A stretch of DNA of 64,000 nucleotides from Octopus vulgaris (GCA_951406725.2 OX597824.1:44082001-44146000); one strand, 5' to 3'; counted from the stretch's first letter, positions 43,790 to 58,497 are shown. Numbers and translations: made by a program. Notes: generated by a model from the sequence alone, not told the origin.

Positions 43790-43809
43790 CACACACACAA
43801 AAGAGAGAG

Positions 43810-45680
43810 AGGAAATATGAAAGGAAATTCCAGGTTTGGAAGCAAAACTTGGCATCAAAGGACTTCAAGTTAATAAAAATTCTAGTAAGTAGGGAAGCAA
43901 ACATGAGGCTAATTGTTTCAGGAAAATGTCTCTGTTTGATATGGATAAAAGGTGCAAGTAGATATTCCATACAGTGCAGCCAATGCAAACTATGGATACA
44001 TAAGGGGTGCACTGGAATTACAGAAAGATTAAAAAAGAAAGATTTTGTATAGGGCAGATGCACAGAAGGAATAAACACTAAGAACACAGGAAATGGATTT
44101 TCTTAAATACCCAAGACGATCTTTAGAGATAGTAGATAGCTGTTATTACCTAGGTGATCAAATTAGCAATGGAGGAGAATGTTATGAAAGTATAGTTGCT
44201 AAAATAAGAACATAGCAGAGAAAGTTTTACAAGCTATCACTTTTGTTAGTAACAAAAGGCCTCTCTCTGAGAGTGGAGGGTAGATAGTCTAAAGCAAGTG
44301 TATGAAAAGCAATCCTATAGATGGACCACAAAAGCAGAGGACATGCAAAGATTACAAAGAAAGGAAACTAGCATACTCCGCTAAATGTAAAACATCAGTG
44401 TGCATGTACAACAAAGTGCAAATGTGTTGAGAGAAAACTTGGGCATAAGAAGTGCTAGAAGTAGTGTGCAAGAGAGAAAACTGTACTAGTATGGTAATGA
44501 GATGCATATGGATGAGGACAATTGCATAAAGAAGTGCCAATTGCTAAATATGGGATTGCTAAATATATGGAAGAGGAAGACCCACAAAAATATGGGATGA
44601 AGTAATGAAGACAAACTTCAGGATGTTGAGCCCCACAGAAGAAATGACAAAGACTAAAATGAGTGGTTTTTTGCTGTGCCATCTATCTTAGCAAAAATGA
44701 AATCTTAAAAGCATATTGTTTATGCCTCTGCACTAAATCTGTACCTGTTGAGCCTTCCCAAAATCTCATCTTCTTTATAACCTGTCCTCTTCCACTCTTC
44801 TGACTATGGGACTATTTACTCAGCTTTTTTTAATCATTATATGAGAGCAGAATTGCACATATTTGAGCTCTCTTTTATGCTGCCACTTAACCTTCTCCTT
44901 GGAACCACTTCTATTATCACACATTCACATTCTCAATACCATCTTGTCCCATTTTATTTTCTATTGAATACCCCTAATATCTGCCATTGACCCCATCTTT
45001 GTTCATTCCTATATCCACCCATGTAGCTCTGACTTCCATCTGTTACTATACGGCTCTCACTCCATCTCATACATCACATCATCCCCCCCTATTTCTCATC
45101 TACCTACTCCACTTATATAGTACTACCACTTATCAGCTCCTCCCTAACTTTCACCCTAACTGGTATTCCCCACTGACCATACTTTGACCCACATTCACCA
45201 TTCATCTCCTCCCCATTTCTAAGCATCTGTCACACCCCTTTCACACTCACAAACTTACCCATCCACTCTTCTTGTTCCAACTTTGTTCTCTTATATTTAG
45301 CTTCTTTTGACTTGAAGGTACATCCCAATGACTCATCATCACCATTTTTTCCCTCTTTCCAGCTGGGATAGTCATGAATCTCTTCTACAGCAAGAAACCT
45401 GTTCCTATCACTCAAGCCTCTCAACAACTGGCACAAAATCACTCCCCTCAATATTACACCCCAACTCAGTCAAGAAGTCTTGTCTTCTGAATTACTTAGT
45501 GACCTCACTAGTACCAGTACCACAAAAAATATGCACCCAGAACACACTGTAAAGTTGTTGGCATTAGCAAGGGTTCCCAGCTGCAGAAACCATACCAAAG
45601 CAGACACTGGAGCTTGACAAAGTCTTCTGGCTTGTTGGATCCTCTTGAAAAATCCAACCCATGCCAGCATGGAAGACAGG
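43810..45680 (+). mobile_element. Degenerate RTE LINE (ORF2 C-half, pyrimidine-rich spacer, 3' tail)
   Basis: KFQVWKQNLASK..CSQCKLWIHKGC homologous to the young copy; tail CCAACCCATGCCAGCATGG at about 45654. Confidence 0.7.
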
Positions 45681-45889
45681 CAAGCTGATCTTCTGCAGGA
45701 CCCACAACAAATAGTAAGATTTTGTGTATGGGTGTGTAGGTGTGGGAGCAGCAAGTCTTACTTGGGCTTTGAAAAAAGTCACAACTGAAGTATTTTTCGA
45801 AAGAGAAGAGCAAGTCTAGGTTGCTGATTTTAACTATGTTATGTATGTGGAGAAAGATCAATATAAGACTATTTCCATGTTATGAACAG

Positions 45890-46440
45890 AGATTAAGTCA
45901 TGTACTCACTGGAGGATGTTTTTAGGGTCTTTGTTTATAGAGACTGTACTATTTTGTCACAAGCTATTTCAGTGGAATATACATGCAGAATGCTAAAAAG
46001 AGCAATTAATGGCATTATCTGCATAAGAGTGAGCATTGTTAGAATTGATGTACAGAAGAAAGAATGTGAAGCATAACCACTCCACGGGGGTGAGAGAGAG
46101 CCATATCAACAATCTTTTAATCTAAGATTTGAGAGATGGCTGGCATCCAGAAACAGCCAGCATCACTTGGAAATTTTCGTTCAAGACTTTGGTCAAAGAC
46201 TTTACTTCAGTTAAGTACAATGATGTTGCCTCCATTAAATTTATCAATAGTGAAGGACCACTGCTTAATGAATGACATCTACTTATTGAAGTCAATGAGT
46301 ACAAAAACAGACTTAAAGGAGTTGGAGACAGTGATTGTTAATGACTGTTTACATCACCTTTGAGATGTTGGAAGTGAGAGTGATAAGTCAATAGTTGGGA
46401 GGGTCACAGAGAATGCCTTCATGGTTATGCTATCACAATG
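45890..46440 (-). mobile_element. Ancient LINE RT relic
   Basis: SKVFD (SKAFD-like) segment and possible YADD remnant at about 46015-46026; heavily decayed. Confidence 0.35.
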
Positions 46441-47296
46441 TACCTGACTGGCAGCAATTTCTTTCAAGTTTATGATTACAATGATAGAAATAGAAAGATT
46501 ATCCAAGTATAAAAATACTTGCTCCTACAATATCCTAATTTGCAATTCATGTTGCTCTTATGCAAGTATGCATTATAAATAATGTGAGTTATACAATCTT
46601 AAAATCCACAGCAGCACTGCATCACATATATGCTAGTATTCAGATATTGTACAATCATAATAATAATTATTTCTAACTGTGGTACAACCCAAATAGTTGG
46701 CTGGTCCTTATCTGCGTATAAGACATTTTGGTACACCTGTTTTAACCCCACCTATTTGGCATTACAGATTCAACACCAACTTATTTGACATAAGCTGTTT
46801 TGTACACTTGTGACCTTTGGCACTACGAAAATTTCATTTTTATTCTAGTCGACAGTAACAACTAAGTTAGCTTCTAAACTTCATTTAGCTTTCTGCTTCA
46901 CTTTATGTTATATAATGGTTGGTACAATACTGATAAAATATAAAAAGAAAAATTTTCTCACAATCGATTTGTGTACATATTTGACAAAGTAAAACTAGCA
47001 GTGAATTTAAATATTGGCACTGTGAGCAGAAAAATCACAGTATTAAATAACTGATTGTTGCAAACACATCTGATTCACACTCTTGAGTTTGTTCGACTGA
47101 TATGTATGAGTAAATATCAAAATTTTCTGTAACTGCTGACAATGTGTTATACAGAATTAACAATGGTAACCCAAGTATAACAGAAGTGGCCCTCATGATT
47201 ACAAGATGTATAAATAAAAATTTATAACTAGTGTAGGGAAATGGTTAAAATATGAAAAAAAATAATTCTTATTAGAAAATATGAAGATAAAGTTAC

Positions 47297-47350
47297 CTTT
47301 TGCAAACTGGAAGGGTTCATCTGCGTTTTGTCTATGATTTTTATAGCAAC
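47297..47350 (-). CDS. MARK: MARK/Par-1 kinase exon, VAIKIIDKTQMNPSSLQK (catalytic Lys, subdomain II)
   Basis: 54 nt, ttttgcag acceptor and gtaact donor; peptide is the typical MARK VAIK segment. Confidence 0.95.
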
Positions 47351-47779
47351 CTGCAAAAGATTAAAATTATATATATATGTATATAGTGATTTGTAATACC
47401 CTCTCATTACAAAGAATACAATTTAAAAAGATTTTAAAAACATTTTGAAGAGTTAAATAATAAATTAGCAGAAAACAAGTAAATTGTTAATGAAAAGAAT
47501 ATGTAGCTAACACCTGCCTCTCCACAACAAACTACAAAGAACACAAACTGAAAAGTTATATGTATTACAAGTGGTTGTACATAAACCACAACTATAAACC
47601 ACTTGCACAACATAATAAAAATACTATAAGTGAAAGACATATGAAGAATGCAGTTGCTTGCTGCAGCAAGATACAACTTCCAAAGTTCAAGTCACAAGCA
47701 TCTAGGCACATACAACACCTCAGAGCACTACTACATCTCCAAAACATTAATTCTTCCTACTCAGCCCAGACAACAGTAA

Positions 47780-47998
47780 CCCTTTAGCATTTAAACCGGC
47801 CATATCCGGCCCAAATATTCCACCCGTTTTATGTTCAGACCAGCCAGATCTGACCTCTCACATGTACTCTAAAATGTCATTCTAAAAACGATCAATCACA
47901 TCATTGAAATCTCGAAGCTATGAGATAAGCCATGATTAAATCAAAACAATGTGAATAAATAAGCATTATTTTGATAGAATAATCTGAATACTAAAGGG
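47780..47998. mobile_element. piggyBac-like MITE
   Basis: CCCTTTAGCATT / AATACTAAAGGG termini, GTAA/TTAA flanks; truncated inverted copy at about 21435-21575. Confidence 0.7.
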
Positions 47999-50900
47999 TT
48001 AAAGAACACAAACACAAAAATAGCTGCAACCTCTAGCCTTACTAACTCACTAATAACAGTCAACATGAAGCATTAATTGTTGCACTCTGACCAAGACCAC
48101 TTTGCCTATCTCAGCAGTAACTATTTCCAGAATCTACAGCTTTAAAGAAATCATCTGGACAGTGATGGAGAGAATGAAATATATTCTTCACTTTCACGCA
48201 GTATCCTAAGTGATTTACCATTTAATGCTACAGAGTGCAATATGATCTTCGTTTAGGTAGAAACAGGGTGTAACTAGAAAGATGGATCTGTGGGTCAGAC
48301 CTTGCTTAACTGCCAACCACCTACATGTCCACAGATGTTCAAACTGAACATCGACTATATTAATATTACCAAGTCTACAAAGGTCATATTAACACCTTTT
48401 CTGATGTCTAGCAGATAGTTTAACTAACACTAGTTAAGTAATCTGCTTTTACATGAATTAAAGGAAACAATTTTTATTGTTTTATTGATAATTCAACAAA
48501 AAATTTAAATAATAGTACAAAATAAGTTTACCATTAATTCCACTACAAATGCAAATTCCAAATAAGTTACTAAATGTTATTGATATTACCCCCAACTTCT
48601 CCAATTACAACATTTAAAAACATAATCAGATAAGAAAACAGGAAGAAAATGTGCAATGAGAGGTAAATAACATTTGTATATAAGTTACAAATAGACTAAA
48701 TCGAAGTCAGAAAGACAGCAAATTTAAGTAGAAAATATTTATGGATAATCATCATCATCAATAATATTAATACGCTAACTTTTTGTTTTTTGTATGTACC
48801 TGTGGTGTGTATCACACTTACTTCAAAGGAAGAGGTAAAAAGGTTGAAGGGAGAGGTACAAAAAAAAAGGAGAAATAAGGTGTTAGGTAGAGGATGTATA
48901 GTTGAAGTGGCAAGAGAGAGACAGAGAGGAAGTGAGCATTTCTTTTTTTTTCTTTCTTTTATTTTGTTTGTTTTTAAATGCTTATGAGTATTTTCAGAGT
49001 AGACTAATGCATACATCGAAAGAAAAGTAGATACATACATAAATTAAAAGTGGGAGAGGAGGGAGAGAGAGGAAGTGAGACAGAAAGAGAGAATGACAGA
49101 GAAAGTGAGTGGTAACTGAAAGGAAGGTGGCATTCGTTTTGTGTTTTTAAATGTTTATCAGTATTTTCAGAGTAAAGTATTTACAGTGCAAGAAAAGTAG
49201 ATACATAGACAGAAAGATATGTTGATACATAAATACACTGACACAGTGTTAAATCAAAGACAAATAACTGTAGCAAATGGATGTCACTTTCACCACCAAT
49301 GCGCAAGCTGTTGTTATCAAACCAAGCTTGAGTTGAGGGCGAAGTCACTAAAACCTTTCAGTACTTATACTAAACACAAAGTTCCTGTTTATCTGATCAA
49401 TGAGAACAGTCTGCTCATAAAATTAACGCACAAGTGGCTGAGTACTCCACAGACATGCATACCATAACATAGTTCTCAGGGAGATTCAGCCTCACACAGA
49501 ATGTGACAAGGCTGGCCCCTTTGAATTACAGCTACAACTCGTTTCTGCCAGCTGGGTGGACCGCAGCAAGATGAAGTAGAGTACCTTGCTCAAGAACACA
49601 GTGTGCCACCAGGAATCATACGCATGACTTTACGATCGTGGGCTGAATACCCCTACCCACTGAGCCATGTACCTTCACTCTTTTAACCATAGAGAAAAGA
49701 AGTGAAGTGATAGCAACAGAGAAAGGAAAGCCTCACTCATTTAAAATGACATTTAGACTGAAATACAATCAATCTTTTCTAGCTTCTTTACTTTTAACAA
49801 TTAAGAAAAAAAGACATTTAGTAATGAATAGAGGTGAAAACTTTCAAGTGTTTACATTTTCATTCTGAGACTTCTAGAAGGATGGAGTGTTAGTTCTCTC
49901 TTCTTTACCCCATCCAATACTTATTCTCCTTGTTTGATAGTTCTTCATGTCTTTTAAGTGGCAGGAATGACTTTTTTTTTCTCAGGCACGTTTAAGGTTT
50001 TCTCTACAAACTACAAACAAGCCCCACTCCTTTCCCCTTTTTTCATACAAAAAACTAATGCACATTTCGAACAGAGTATAGCTGTGAAAAGAGCCCAGAA
50101 AAATAGGTCATACTCCCTACAAAATGGTGGCTGCACAAAGTACAACTCTATACTTTAAAGAGTGTCTTCTACTATACCCTCAGGCTGACCAAAAGCCTCA
50201 TGAGTGGATTTGGTTGATAGACGGAAACTGAAAGAAGTCAGTTATGTGTGCATGCATGAGTGTGTGTTTGTGTCTGACTGTCTCCCCACTATCATCTTTT
50301 GACAAACGATGTTGGTGTGTTTGTGCCCCCATAATTGAGCTGTTTGGCAAAAGAGACTGATAGAATAAGTACTAGGCTTACAAAGAATAAGTCAAAGGGT
50401 CAATTTCTTCAACTAAAGGGCGGTGCTTCAGCATGACCACCCTCATATGACTGAAACAAGTAAAATATCAGAAGAACATTCCATACCACTAAACCAAGAG
50501 GATTCTTTGAATTTGTACAATGTATTTTAAAGCTTAAATAGTAATTCTGTTTATGTTTTCGTAACTGAGATATTTTGGTTGGATTATATAGTTATTGGTT
50601 TTACACTTCTTTCTATATTCTGTAAGTGACACAATATAGAAACATTTCTCATAGCACCAGCACACAATTTACAGATGCTTACATTTTTAATGTTTTCTGT
50701 GAAGTTTTCATGGGTCCAGCTAGTAATGAAATGAATAGTGAGATAAAGGCTGATGAATTAGATGGTTCTACTAACATTGGGATTTTGTCAAACAGGACAT
50801 CAATTTAGGCCTGTTCAAAGGAATAAAGACCAGTATAGATGCTTTGGTAAAGTTTAACACTCATGTGGTCTTTCGTATTAAGGGCTCTCAGAATACTAGC

Positions 50901-53072
50901 TAAGTACCAAAAACCCAAACTTTCTCCCATCAGCTTCTTTTATTCTTTCATTCTTTATATTTAATTTATTATGTACAATACTTCAGTGTAATGACTTCAC
51001 AATGCACTTGAATGACACTTCCAAAGAGCCCTTAAACACTATAATTGCAATATCTTTATCAAGTTATGATTAAAAAAGATATACTCAGCTAAAATTATAT
51101 CCATGATTATATTAGTCCAATAATTAAGATGCAGGTCAATTTCTTACATTCTATGAATGAGTGTTTATTCATAAGAAACTAACTCAATTTTTGCCCTAGA
51201 ATTATGAAGAATTGAGGCATTTTATCAATAACCATCATCATATGTACATGTACAAACAAAATATAAACCTAATTTTATTTCAGAAGTCCTTTTCTGCAAA
51301 AATTATATTGCAACATTCTTTCAGAATTACTGAAGAGCTACATATGAATATCTTTTACTTCGAAAGATTGATACATACATCAGTTTTGCCATTTTCTGCC
51401 ATCCTATGAGTCTGTATTACATTACAAAAGTTAGATTATATACTTATAAAGTGTATGCTTTTTGACTAAACTAATGAAAACATTAATACATTTCAATATA
51501 AAATCGAGACATATTTAGTGTTTCGATTTTGCTTTAATTTGCTAAATTGTGGTCTTCAATCAGGTCTCAGAATATCAAAATATCAACTTAAGTTTTCAAG
51601 ACAGGCTAATTTAAAAGTCAAAAATGGATTCCTGATAAAATTTTTGTAACAAAAACATGTGCTCATACTCTTGCATGCCCACAATCATTTACAAAAGCTT
51701 ACAAGTTTTTCCTTGTGCATACAGAAAGTGAAGGTTATATTTAAAAACATTCATTGTACTAATTCAAGATTATCATTATTTCAACTTAGGTGATCTAAAA
51801 CTTCATCATGATGTAAATAAACAATAACTATTCATACTTTAGGTCAACGTATATGAAAAAGACTTAACTCCGTTCAAAGTTGTGACATCTGTAATAAACT
51901 TAACCGAGCTACTGCAAACTGCAAAGATCAACTGAATGGTGTTGGTGAGAGTCTCACAGATAAATACAAAGATATTCTTTTCTCTCTCTTTTTAATATTG
52001 AACAATCAAGTTAAATTACATATTTTAATACCTGTTTGTTATAGATTCACATTCTGCATGCTAAAAAACTATTTTCATCATTGTATACAATTTGATAAAA
52101 AAGGATGCACAGTATATAATCCTAATCTTACATATTAAAACTGAAAATACGTGTGTGTGCGTGTGTGTGTATCAGTATGTCCTCATTTTTCTTAAAACTT
52201 CACACGCACATTGCTTATGTGTCTGAGGAGGTTTTAAGTATAAATTGATTTTGAAAAAATGTTTGGGTAAACAGTGGGAGGAATAGCATTCAGGCCCGGT
52301 TGAATGCCAGGCGTAATTATTTTAAGCTTTCAAGGGAAATAACCCATTCCCTCCTTCATAAATTATTTGGTAAAAATGAAATTGAGTATACTTATTTCTT
52401 AATATTTGAACTATTTTAGTTATTTTTTGTGATTTATCCAGTACAAGTTAATAGTATTCTCCTAAACAATAGATCCACTTATTTCTGTTAGTGACTCATT
52501 CACAAATATACCAACACTAGCACTGCTGAGGATAATATTCTCTGGGAATGCACAAAAGCTTTTTCACAGTTAATTACTTTGAATTGTTATCTCATATCTG
52601 ATTAGCCTGTTATTATGTAACATGTTTCACAATTTTAGTATACATACCTTATTAGTATTTCCTATGTTCTATATACTCTGGGAACATATCAAAGCCCTTT
52701 CGGGGCTGCTTTATTTGAATTCTTACTATAGGGTAATTAAATTCATGTTATTACATAACTGACTTGACAATTTGGGTATTCATAACTTATTGGGAATTCC
52801 TAAAAACAAGATCCTTTGCAAAAGAGTTTGGTATTCTCAATAAATACACAAAAACCGTTTTAAGGGCTACATACTTTGTATTGTTGTTACTGGATTAGCA
52901 AAACAATTATGAGAATGGAACCAAGGATAAGCCCGCTCTCCTGGGAATTACTGGGCATGTCACCTGATATATATATATAGAAAGAGAGATGTGTGTATAT
53001 ATATATATATATATGCTTTTGCTTTCGGTGCAAATGGTTTTGTTATACAACACCGTATTTTACAATCCTGTA

Positions 53073-53382
53073 AATAATAATAATGCTATTTTTATATAAG
53101 TTTAAAGTTTATGGTATTCACTGTGCAATGACTAAGGAAAATAGTCTAATAACAAGGCATATAAGGCCTCAACAGAAAAAAGAAGGCTTTCCCATCCGCG
53201 TGTAAAGGTAACACACTTAGTCATGTTAACAAAGGAATGTGGGTTTGCATCCCACGCAGATGGGAAAGCCTTCTTTTTTCTGTCGAGGGCTTATATGCCC
53301 CTTTATTAGACTATTTTCCTTAGTCATTGCACAGTGAACGGCACAAGCTTTAAGCTTATATAAAAATACCATTATTATTATT
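53073..53382. repeat. Inverted repeat, about 130-bp arms, 50-bp spacer
   Basis: 53073-53202 vs 53253-53382 reverse complementary. Confidence 0.9.
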
Positions 53383-53401
53383 ATATATATATATACATAC
53401 A

Positions 53402-53800
53402 CTAGCAGCATAGCCCGGCGTTGCCCGGGTATGTAAGAGCCCCTAGTAGGCAACGACTAATCCCAATCTAGTTCTTTCCCTCTAGAGAACGAAGGCGCAT
53501 GTGTAGGTTGCAATGTCTTCTCTTCACTCGAATACTTCTATGTATACGATGTTCCTAGCTGTCTCCCGACAGAAAATGTGTTGCATATAAAAAGCTTAGA
53601 TTCTCGACCCCATGTCGAATTTATCGATTTTTTCAGAACTCGGGGAACTTTTCAAAATTTTCGATGCATTAGTTTTGAATTATGACATTGGGCTATGTGT
53701 GTGTCAAGTTTCATCAGAATCGATTGAAAGCTGTGGTCAGGGTGAGGGTACAAGCTGACAGACACACAGACAGACAAACTGCCGTTTATATATAGAGAGA
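53402..53800 (-). mobile_element. Non-autonomous Helitron
   Basis: 5' TC start with (GTCT)-type microsatellite, 3' GC hairpin CCCGGGCAACGCCGGG followed by CTAG, inserted A|T. Confidence 0.8.
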
Positions 53801-53925
53801 TATATATACATACATCATACACATATATATATACATACATATATATATACACATACATATATATATATACACATACATATATATACACATACATATATAT
53901 ACACATACATATATATATACACATA

Positions 53926-56336
53926 CATCATCATCATCATCATCATTTAGCGTCCGTTTTCCATGCTAGCATGGGTTGGACGGTTCAACTGGGGTCTGGG
54001 GAGCCCGAAGGCTGCACCAGGCCAGTCAGATCTGGCAGTGTTTCTACAGCTGGATGCCCTTCCTAACGCCAACCACTCCGAGAGTGTAGTGGGTGATTTT
54101 ATGTGCCACCGACACAGGTGCCAGACGAGGCTGGCGAACGGCCACGCTCGGATGGTGTTTTTATGTGCCACCGACACAGGTGCCAGACGAGGCTGGCAGA
54201 CGGCCACGCTCGGATGGTGTTTTTATGTGCCACCGACACAGGTGCCAGATGAGGCTGGCGGACGGCCACGATCGGATGGTGTTTGTTACGTCCCCAAAGC
54301 ACGGAGGCCAGTCTATGCGGTACTGGCTACGGCCACGTTCGGATGATTTTCTTGTGTGCCACCGGCACTGGTACCACAAAGATACAAATTCCATTGATGT
54401 TCATCTATTTTGATTTGTTTTGATTTGATTTGATTTTCACTTGCCTCAACAGGTCTTCACAAGTGTCACAAGAAGGAAGGTATGCACAGGTGGACTGACT
54501 ACGTCCCAGGTAGGGGCCACGGGTTATGGCCTGACTAGTCTTGCCGGGTCTTCGGATGGTGTTTTTATGTGCCACCGACACAGGTGCCAGATGAGGCTGG
54601 CGAACGGCCACGATCGGATGGTGTTTGTTGCGTGCCCACAGCACGGAGGCCAGTCGATGCGGTACTGGCTACGGCCACGTTCGGATGGTTTTCTTGTGTG
54701 CCACCGGCACTGGTACCACAAGATACGAATTCCATTGATGTTCATCTATTTGATTTGATTTGATTTGATTTGATTTTCACTTGCCTCAACAGGTCTTCAC
54801 AGGTCTTCACAAGTGTCACAAGAAGGAAGGAAGGTATGCACAGGTGGACTGACTACGTCCCAAGTAGGGGCCATGGGTTATGGCCTGACTAGTCTTGCCG
54901 GGTCTTCGGTTGGTGTTTTTATGTGCCACCGACACAGGTGCCAGATGAGGCTGGCGGACGGCCACGATCGGATGGTGTTTGTTATGTGCCCACATCACAG
55001 AGGCCAGTCGATGCGGTACTGGCTACGGCCACGTTCGGATGGTTTTCTTGTGTGCCACCGGTACTGGTACCACAAAGATACAAATTCCATTGATGTTCAT
55101 CTATTTTGATTTGGTTTGATTTGATTTGATTTGATTTTGATTTTCACTTGCCTCAACAGGTCTTCACAAGTGTCATAAGTAGGAAGGTATGCACAGGTGG
55201 ACTGACTACGTCGCCGGGTCTTCGGATGGTGTTTTTATGTGCCACCGACACAGGTGCCAGATGAGGCTGGCGAACGGCCACGATCGGATGGTTTTCTTGT
55301 GTGCCACCGGTACTGGAACCACAAAGATACAAATTCCATTGATGTTCATCTATTTTGATTTGGTTTGATTTTCACTTGCCTCAACAGGTCTTCACAAGTG
55401 TCACACGTGTCACACACTTGCCTCAACACGTCTCCACAAGTGTCACACACTTGCCTCTGCCTCAACAGGTCTTCACAAAGTGTCACACACTTGCCTCTGC
55501 CTCAACAGGTCTTCACAAGTGTCACACACTTGCCTCAACAGGTCTTCACAAGTGTCATAAGAGGGAAGGTATGTACAGGTGGACTGACTACGTCGCCGGG
55601 TCTTCGGATGGTGTTTTTATGTGCCACCGACACAGGTGCCAGATGAGGCTGGCGAACGGCCACGATCAGATGGTGTTTGTTGTGCCCACAGCACGGAGGC
55701 CAGTCGATGCGGTACTGGCTACGGCCACGTTCGGATGGTTTTCTTGTGTGCCACCGGTACTGGAACCACAAAGATACAAATTCCATTGATGTTCATCTAT
55801 TTTGATTTGGTTTGATTTGATTTTTGATTTTCACTTGCCTCAACAGGTCTTCACAAGGGTCACACACTTGCCTCAACAGGTCTCCACAAGTGTCACACAC
55901 TTGCCTCTGCCTCAACAGGTCTTCACAAGTGTCACACACTTGCCTCAACAGGTCTTCACAAGTGTCATAAGAGGGAAGGTATGCACAGGTGGACTGACTA
56001 CGTCGCCGGGTCTTCGGATGGTGTCTTTATGTGCCACCGACACAGGTGCCAGATGAGGCTGGCGAACGGCCACGATCGGATGGTGTTTGTTGTGCCCACA
56101 GCACGGAGGCCAGTCGATGCGGTACTGGCTACGGCCACGTTTGGGTGGTTTTCTTGTGTGCCACCGGCACTGGTACCACAAAGAATACAATTCCACTGAT
56201 GTTCATCTATTTTGATTTGTTTTGATTTAATTTGATTTTCACTTGCCTCAACAGGTCTTCATAAGTGTCACAAGAAGGAAGGTATGCACAGGAGGACTGA
56301 CTACGTCCCAGGTAGGGGCCACGGGTTATGGCCTGA
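53926..56336 (-). repeat. RTE 3' UTR expanded into a tandem array, ending in (ATG)n tail
   Basis: Block AATTCCA(T/C)TGATGTTCATCTATTT recurs six times between about 54385 and 56215; ORF2 stop context CTAGTCTTGCCGGG recurs at 54535, 54889, 56337; (CAT)n at 53926-53946. Confidence 0.9.
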
Positions 56337-58237
56337 CTAGTCTTGCCGGGTCTTCTCACGCACAGCATACTTCCATAGGTCTCGGTCTCTAGACATTTCC
56401 TTAGTGAGACCTAAAGTTCGAAGGTCGTGCTTCACCACCTCGTCCCAGGTTTTCCTGGGTCTACCTCTTCCACAGGTTCCCTCAACTGCTAGGGTGTAGC
56501 ACTTTTGCACACAACTATCTTCAGCCTTTCTCGTCACATGACCATACCAGCGCAGCCGTCTCTCTTGCACACCACAACTGACGCTTCTTAGGTTCAACTT
56601 TTCTCTCAAGGAACTTACACTCTGACGATTATGAACACTGACATTACACATCCATCGGAGCATACTGGCTTCATTTCTTGCGAGCTTACGCATATCCTCA
56701 GCAGTCACGGCCCATGTTTCACTACCATGTAGCATGGCTGTACGTACACATGCATCATACAGTCTGCCTTTTACTCTGAGCAAGAGGCCTTTTGTCACCA
56801 GCAGGGGTAAGAGCTCTCTAAACTTTGCCCAGGCTATTCTTACTCTAGCAGTTACACTTTCAGCACACCCACCCCCGCTACTGACTTGGTCTCCTAGGTA
56901 GCGGAAGCTATCAACTACTTCTAGTTTGTCTCCCTGGAATGTGGCAGAAGTTGGTCTCTGCACATTTCCAGTGTTTATTGCTCCTGAGCATTTGCCACAG
57001 ACAAAAACTATTTTCCTAGTTAGCCTTCCTTTGACATTGCTGCACCTCTTATGTGTCCATAGCTTACACTTGGTGCATCTTATAGAGTTTCTACCTACAC
57101 CTTTTTTACAGATCGAGCAGGGCCATCTACCTGAAGGCGTTTGTGATTGATCTACCTTCCTACTTATTAGGACTTTGGTTTTGGCTAGGTTGATTCTAAG
57201 GCCCTTCGATTCTAATCCTTGTTTCCACACCTGAAACTTCTCCTCCAGTTCTGATAGTGACTCAGCAATTAGAGCAAGGTCGTCAGCATAGAGGAGCTCC
57301 CAGGGGCAACCTGTCTTGAATTCCTCCGTTATTGCCTGGAGGACTATGATAAATAGGAGGGGACTGAGGACTGAACCTTGGTGGACCCCAACCTCTACCC
57401 GGAATTCTTCACTGTACTCGTTGCCAACCCTCACCTTACTAGCAGCGTCTCTGTACATAGCTTGCACAGCTCTCACCAACCATTCTTCTATCCCTAGTTT
57501 CCTCATTGACCACCAGATAAGGGATCGGGAGACCCTGTCAAAGGCTTTCTCCAAGTCAACAAAAGCCAGGTACAAGGGCTTATCTTTGGCTAGGTATTTC
57601 TCCTGCAGCTGTCTTACCAGGAATATAGCATCAGTAGTACTTTTCCCTGGCACGAACCCAAACTGCATATCATCTAAGCTAACTCTCTCTCTAATTAGTT
57701 GGGCTATAACCCTCTCCGTAACCTTCATTACCTGATCCAGCAGCTTGATGCCCCTGTAGTTATTTGTCTCTAGGGCGTCGCCTTTACCTTTGTAGCAGTT
57801 GACTATTATGCTGCTACACCAGTCATTGGGTATGACCCCCTCGTGTATCACCTGGTTAACTATACGGGTGACTAAGCTATAGCCGACACCACCAGATATT
57901 TTGAGCATCTCTGCAGTAATTCCTGATGGGCCTGGGGCTTTCCCTGTTTTCATGCTTCTAATTGCCTTATCTACTAAGGAACTGTTAACTCGGATTGCTG
58001 GTCCCTCTCTTGGGTCGACATTCGGCAGACTCTCTTTATCCCATTCATTTTCTTCATTCAGCAACCTATCATAGTGGCGTCTCCAAGCCTCTCTCTTTGC
58101 ATCCTCATTAAGCGCAAGTGAACCGTCATCCTTGCGAACACATTTCTCTCCTACCACGTCACGATTCTCTCTCACACACTGTCTTGCAACACGAAATACC
58201 TCAAGTCTTTCATCCTCACGACGCAGGACATTGGCAA
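56337..58237 (-). mobile_element. RTE-clade LINE ORF2, 5'-truncated, uninterrupted reverse transcriptase plus PHD-like finger
   Basis: FVDLEKAFDRV, GVHQGSVLSP, LLYADD, RLRWYGHV..GRGRPRKTW motifs; about 630 codons without a stop; N-terminal part of the ORF-track call is microsatellite. Confidence 0.93.
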
Positions 58238-58340
58238 TATATATATACACATACATACATATACATACATACATACATATACATACATACATACATATAT
58301 ATACATACATACATATATATACATACATACATATATATAC

Positions 58341-58393
<53 letters not shown>

Positions 58394-58463
58394 CATATAT
58401 ATATATACATACATATATATATATATACATACATACATACATACATATACATACATACATACA

Positions 58464-58497
<34 letters not shown>

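Noticed and set aside
53947-56225. Many similar short ORFs and a CRISPR-like appearance
   Set aside because: Translations of the RTE UTR array; no unique spacers, no cas genes, eukaryotic context.
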